Assembly: GCA_964036045.1 (NCBI GenBank)
Contig: OZ038378.1
Coordinates: 171,368,001 to 171,432,000 of the forward strand
DNA length: 64,000 bases
From: Eutreptiella sp. 'Long Island Sound 2002'
Taxonomy: Eukaryota > Protista > Euglenida
Direction of reading: 5' to 3'
Below are positions 61,478 through 64,000 of this stretch, one piece after another. The notes beneath the pieces are model-generated. The model did not search any database, was not told where the DNA came from, and saw only the letters and a list, made by a program, of their open reading frames with translations. The first letter of the stretch is position 1, and every line of letters starts with the position of its first letter. The position numbers and the translations under genes are program-made.

Positions 61478-61510
61478 CTATAAAAGACGAAAAGACAAAC
61501 GAGTGCCTTT
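61478..61510 (-). promoter_or_regulatory. Candidate polypyrimidine tract and trans-splice acceptor of ERGIC3
   Basis: Minus strand reads ctcgtttgtcttttcgtcttttatAG|agagatcacccatcATG. Confidence 0.5.
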
Positions 61511-62519
61511 TTAACTCGTCCCACAGATCTATCCCAGTGGATGAAGGCGTAAAAATCATCTTACCCGTCTCCGCAAACAAAGCCCGCATGCGCAAATCTT
61601 ACCGTATTCAAGTTTCCGCTGTATGGTGCTTGTAGGTACACTTTCAGCTGTGCCATACAACATCAATTCAAACAGCTTCATAATCATCCCAGCGACCAGG
61701 TTGTAAACCACTTTTACTGGAATTTAGGGGTTCACCACGGGGGTTATCATTCGCGACGTGCTTTTGCGTCTTGCTGGTACACGGCACGTGTTTTGCAGCG
61801 CCCGTAAGCCCAATTGAGGATTCGTCGGCACCATGGACGCCACCTTTGCGACTCATGTAATTTGCACCAAAAACTTTACCGCCATGCTTTGCACTCGCAT
61901 CCAAGAATTTCCGCGGACAATCGCCCAAACCTCACGGATGCACAAAGCCTCAACATGGCTACATGTCCAAACTTATTTTGACGTGTGGCCCGAGACCAAA
62001 CTAATTTGTAATGAAGCGTCGTTGACATATTTCTTCATTAGTTCGACATGAAACGCAATCGGCACAAGTGCAGTGCAACCACCCAACAGCCAAACTGGTC
62101 TAGTCGCTTGGAGTCATTCAGACAAACCTCCAGAACAACGCACATATCGTGTGTGAAATTGAAAGTGTCGTTGTTTCCGGAGCAAGGGGGCGACACCCCT
62201 CACTTTTGTAAAATCCAAACGCACGGATGCTATCTCATATCCCCAAAGTGGGGTCACAACGATGCACAACAAATCCAAAATCCCTTATTGTGTCATTTTC
62301 GGGATGGGTGCTAAAATTTTGCCAGCATTATCATTGGGTTTTTTGATTCATGCTTATGTTCAGAGCAGTGGTTGGCGATGAATCTTGGGCTCTCATACGG
62401 CAAAGTACATGGATAATACGAAAGGCGACCCAAAAACCTATCATATGATGAACTCATGGTAGGATTCCGAGAACTTATTGGGACGTTGTGACACAAATAC
62501 TTGTGCAACTTGAGTCCTG

Positions 62520-63250
62520 CTTAGGAGGGCCCGGTTGGTGCTACACAGCCCCCCCCCCCCTGGCTTTCTACGCACTCCCACTTTCACCAAATGATCACCC
62601 AATACGGCCCAAGGGTTCCCAGGGGTTGTTGCCCCCCCCCCCGCCCCCGCCCCCTGGCGATTTTTCAGCCAACCCATGCTAGCTTGTTAACTGTCAAGTC
62701 CTCACCGGTGGGGCTCCAGAGGGGGGCCGATCTTGGAAACTCGGAGATAGCACTGGGACCCCCGTCATTAGTAAGGGGGTCCTTATCGAAGAAAAAAGTG
62801 GAATAGGACCTGAGTCCGAACCAACCCACAGTGGAGGCTGATAGCCAACCAAATTTTGCCCACCACGGTGCCAACAGGCCCAAAACGGCGCTTTCGGGGC
62901 CAATAAGCACCACTAGGAGGGCCTCGTTGGTGCTACACAGCTCCCCAGGGCTTTATACTCTCCCACTTTCACCAAACGATCACCCAACAATGGCCCAAAG
63001 GTCCCTGGGGCTCGTTGGGGGTTACCCCAAGAGCGCGTTTTTCAGCCAACCCATGCCAGCCTGAAAACGGTCAAGTCCTCACCGGTGGGGCCCCACAAGA
63101 GGGCCAATCTTGGAAAATTGGGGATAGCACCCGCGACCCCCGTCATTGGTTAGGGGGTCCACATAGAAGAAGGTTGAACGGAACCTGGGTCTGGGAACCT
63201 GGGTCTGAATCCATGCACACTGGCGGCTACAGGCCAAAGCAAGTACCAAA
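62520..63250 (+). repeat. Family A, two ~390-bp tandem units
   Basis: ggtgctacacag at 62538 and 62929; homologous to 19430-20170. Confidence 0.88.
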
Positions 63251-63300
63251 CCAAAAACAGCAATTTTGGGGCTTTTGGGGGGGAAGGGGGGGCATGGCTG

Positions 63301-64000
63301 GTCTGTTTGAGCCTGCACTCTGTGGCCATGTCACTATATTGTCGCTGTCATGTGGTCCTGACGATCCTGACCATCGCCGATGTGCCGTGATGTCACCGTC
63401 TGTTTCACCTATCCACGTCTTTTCATGCGCCGGAGCACAGCGGGTTGTTGTCTCCAAACTAGACCCATACCCCACATGTGCCCCCCGCCCCCATCCTCTC
63501 GACTGGAACCATCGGAAATGCCAGCCCCATCCTCCCCTTGAACTTTCTTCTCAATTTGGCCTTGGATCCTATGTAACATCAACCCCCACTTTACCCAACA
63601 CTTGCCCAACAGTACCGCTGCTTCCTCTTGCACCACTTGACCTGTTTGACACACAAAGACCCAACAAAGACCATTGTAGGTTGTTGAACAAATGCCAAGC
63701 CTCTACTGTTCTGTGTGTTGCCACCACAAGAGTGATTCCACCCACATAACTGCAAACACCATGGGTGTGGGGGTATCGGCCCAAAATGGCACCCCACACC
63801 GCATAACCAATTGACCATAACGGTAGCCCTCGCACATCACTAGCCCTTGTGTGGTCTTTAGCGACCGCTTATGCTTGAATCCACACAAAAACCCGTGGCA
63901 TCCTACAGTGAGCCTTACGCCTTACAAATGAAATCACACACAAATTGCAAGAACTTGCATGCTATTAAGACACGCTTCATCGTGTTAGGAGCCCTATAGA
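63301..64000 (+). repeat. Family C, uninterrupted copy running off the window end
   Basis: Collinear with 47597-49346 minus the insertions. Confidence 0.9.

Overview
Repeat-rich eukaryotic nuclear DNA, most likely a photosynthetic euglenid. This is inferred from a two-hydrophobic-segment plastid presequence, candidate trans-splice acceptors just upstream of start codons, and GT-N-Y type splice donors. Three intron-rich host genes, all on the minus strand, were reconstructed by hand with consistent splice phases: the 5' part of an outer-arm dynein gamma heavy chain (12 exons, 22726 to 1704, continues out of the window), a plastid-targeted VIPP1/IM30 (4 exons, 46241 to 39442) and ERGIC3/Erv46 (8 exons, 61463 to 53896). 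The accessory block between dynein and VIPP1 (about 22.9-38 kb) is the most interesting part. It holds a ~5.7 kb element (25792-31454) bracketed by imperfect inverted subterminal repeats and carrying six copies of a ~30-bp palindrome. The element contains an apparently intact 5-exon, ~832-aa gene with a ParB-like domain and a possible degenerate beta-class DNA methyltransferase fold, plus an internally deleted DUF6589-like transposase. The block also holds a 5'-truncated P-element-like transposase with a C-terminal Cys/His cluster abutting an 85-bp x8 tandem array, and a decayed Tudor-like/Cys/SAP ORF present as two diverged copies. Introns and intergenic DNA contain RNase H-bearing retroelement relics, small fold-back elements with C-tract/G-tract termini, a tRNA-like head, and many mini- and microsatellites. 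No CRISPR array, rRNA or intact tRNA is supported. All family assignments come from motif recognition by eye, not from database searches.
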